A DNA stretch of 64,000 nucleotides. It comes from Lama guanicoe (taxonomy: Eukaryota). Made by a program: the position numbers and the translations under genes. Below, piece by piece: positions 62,557-64,000 of the stretch. Numbering within the stretch: position 1 is the stretch's first letter; each line of letters starts with the position of its first letter. The stretch covers positions 8,359,220-8,423,219 of the forward strand of contig MU054323.1 in assembly GCA_013239625.1 (NCBI GenBank), read 5' to 3'. The notes below the pieces were generated by a model. The model was not told the DNA's origin and searched no databases. It saw only the letters and a list, made by a program, of their open reading frames with translations.

Positions 62557-64000
62557 AGAAGAAAAATAGCTGCATGGTTTTGTTTTCTTTTCCAAACCCT
62601 TGACATATCTTGATCCTTTAGCAAATGTTATCTGCATGGAACAAGGGAAAGGCCATGCCATTTAGCCTGTGCCCTGTGACCTGAACGGCTTCACCTCCCC
62701 TCCAGCTGCCACCCCAGATTGTTTTAGGGTTGGCTTAAATGCCACAAACCCTTCTCAACTATGTAGGGCTTGCATATTCCTGGATATCACAGTGACCAAT
62801 TGTCTGTAAAATCACACATTTGTCTGTGGATTCTGCCAAAAGAAATGTGAGTCTTAAACCAATCCTGTTAAGAGGAAAACACGGCTTAAACCAATACCTA
62901 TCAAGTTGGTTTTAAGGTCTTTATGTAAGAAGTGTCCCCTGTGCACCATTCTGGCTCGTGTGTCTGTGCCGAGCACTGAAGTCATCCAGCATCCACCAGC
63001 TGAGCTGCTGGCAGGAGGCAGCTGTGCCGGACAGACTGTGCCAGCCCCCCTCGTCTCACACCTCCCTGCAGGCACGGGAGCTGTGGAAGGTGATGACAGA
63101 AGCAGGCAATTCCAAACACAATGTTGGGGTTGGCATTTCCTTGGCAGGACGAATAGTGTGCACCTTCTAGGAGTGTGAGGTGTGTGCATTTCGTGAATGA
63201 GAAGCAGAGCTGCGCTAGCCTTGAGTGTCCGCTCGACAAGATGCTCTGTGCACTTCTGCACAGGAACTGCTTAACGGCAGTAATAAAGGAAGGAGGGTGG
63301 GCGGTGCGGGAAATTTACTGCTAACCAGCAAGACAGTTGTTGGAGAGCAGATAGCAAGAACTGTTACTATTTTAAACATGAGGCTTTCTCGCGAAAGACT
63401 GCACTCCGGGCTTAAAGCGTGGTCCTTCCCCACCCAGAAGCCCCTCTTTCCCTAGCCTGTGCATCTCCTTAGCTCTGACCCTCCACTAGTTCAGGAACAT
63501 GAGGAATCCATGCCACAGAACCAGGAAACTGGGGTATACAAGCGGTGTACACTTGAGTAAATCCACCATCTTGCCGTGGAAGGCATTTTTGCTTCCCTGA
63601 GTAAATTGTAAAATTCTTAAGATTCCTAATGTTTGCAGTGTAACACCACCCCATTAGCCCTGGACTGGTTCCCTTCTATTCAAGGTCACTGTTGGTAAAG
63701 TCCAGGGCTGGAGGGAAAGGCACGGTAGACTCATGAATCTATGCAGCTCCAGAATTCCGTACTTCTGATTTATTTCTTTTTAGTAGCATTTAACTAGCTG
63801 GCATTTTTTCCCCATTTCTTCCTGGGAGGACAGATACGTGGTCTGAATTCTTCCATTTGCATAGACAAAACAGCTGGATGATCAAAGTTCTGGGTTAAAA
63901 AAAATGGGAATGTGGAATATAGCCAGAAGTTTTTCAAGGAGGTGATATTTATTTTAAGGCCCAGTTGTTACTTGATGATTTGATTATAATGTTCAGTTCT

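Noticed and set aside
1..64000. Prokaryote-style novel system (CRISPR array, operon, defence island)
   Set aside because: The sequence is spliced mammalian DNA. I saw no regularly spaced repeat array and no unexplained long ORF cluster.

Overview
Mammalian genomic DNA, probably camelid, judged from its tRNA-Ala-derived vic-1-like SINEs. It carries the SLC35F6 - CENPA - DPYSL5 gene order known from human 2p23, all on the + strand. The window holds SLC35F6 coding exons 2-6 (2612-6680; exon 1 is upstream). It holds the complete CENPA gene: a CCAAT/CDE-CHR promoter, four coding exons at 12070-18638 encoding 137 aa, a non-coding last exon and tandem poly(A) signals. A CpG island at about 32.1-34.8 kb is most likely the DPYSL5 promoter and non-coding first exon, followed by about 31 kb of repeat-rich intron 1 in which I saw no DPYSL5 coding exon. 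The rest is mostly L1/L2 LINEs, MIR and tRNA-derived SINEs, LTR relics and DNA transposon fossils. Almost all of the short ORFs in the track are spurious. I found no new biological system. The most notable points are CENP-A substitutions (Ser68 to Cys, IQEGLG tail), a possibly shifted CENPA 3'UTR splice donor, strong CTCF motifs and several unusual retrotransposition or duplication scars. Repeat family names and human comparisons are from memory, not from database searches.
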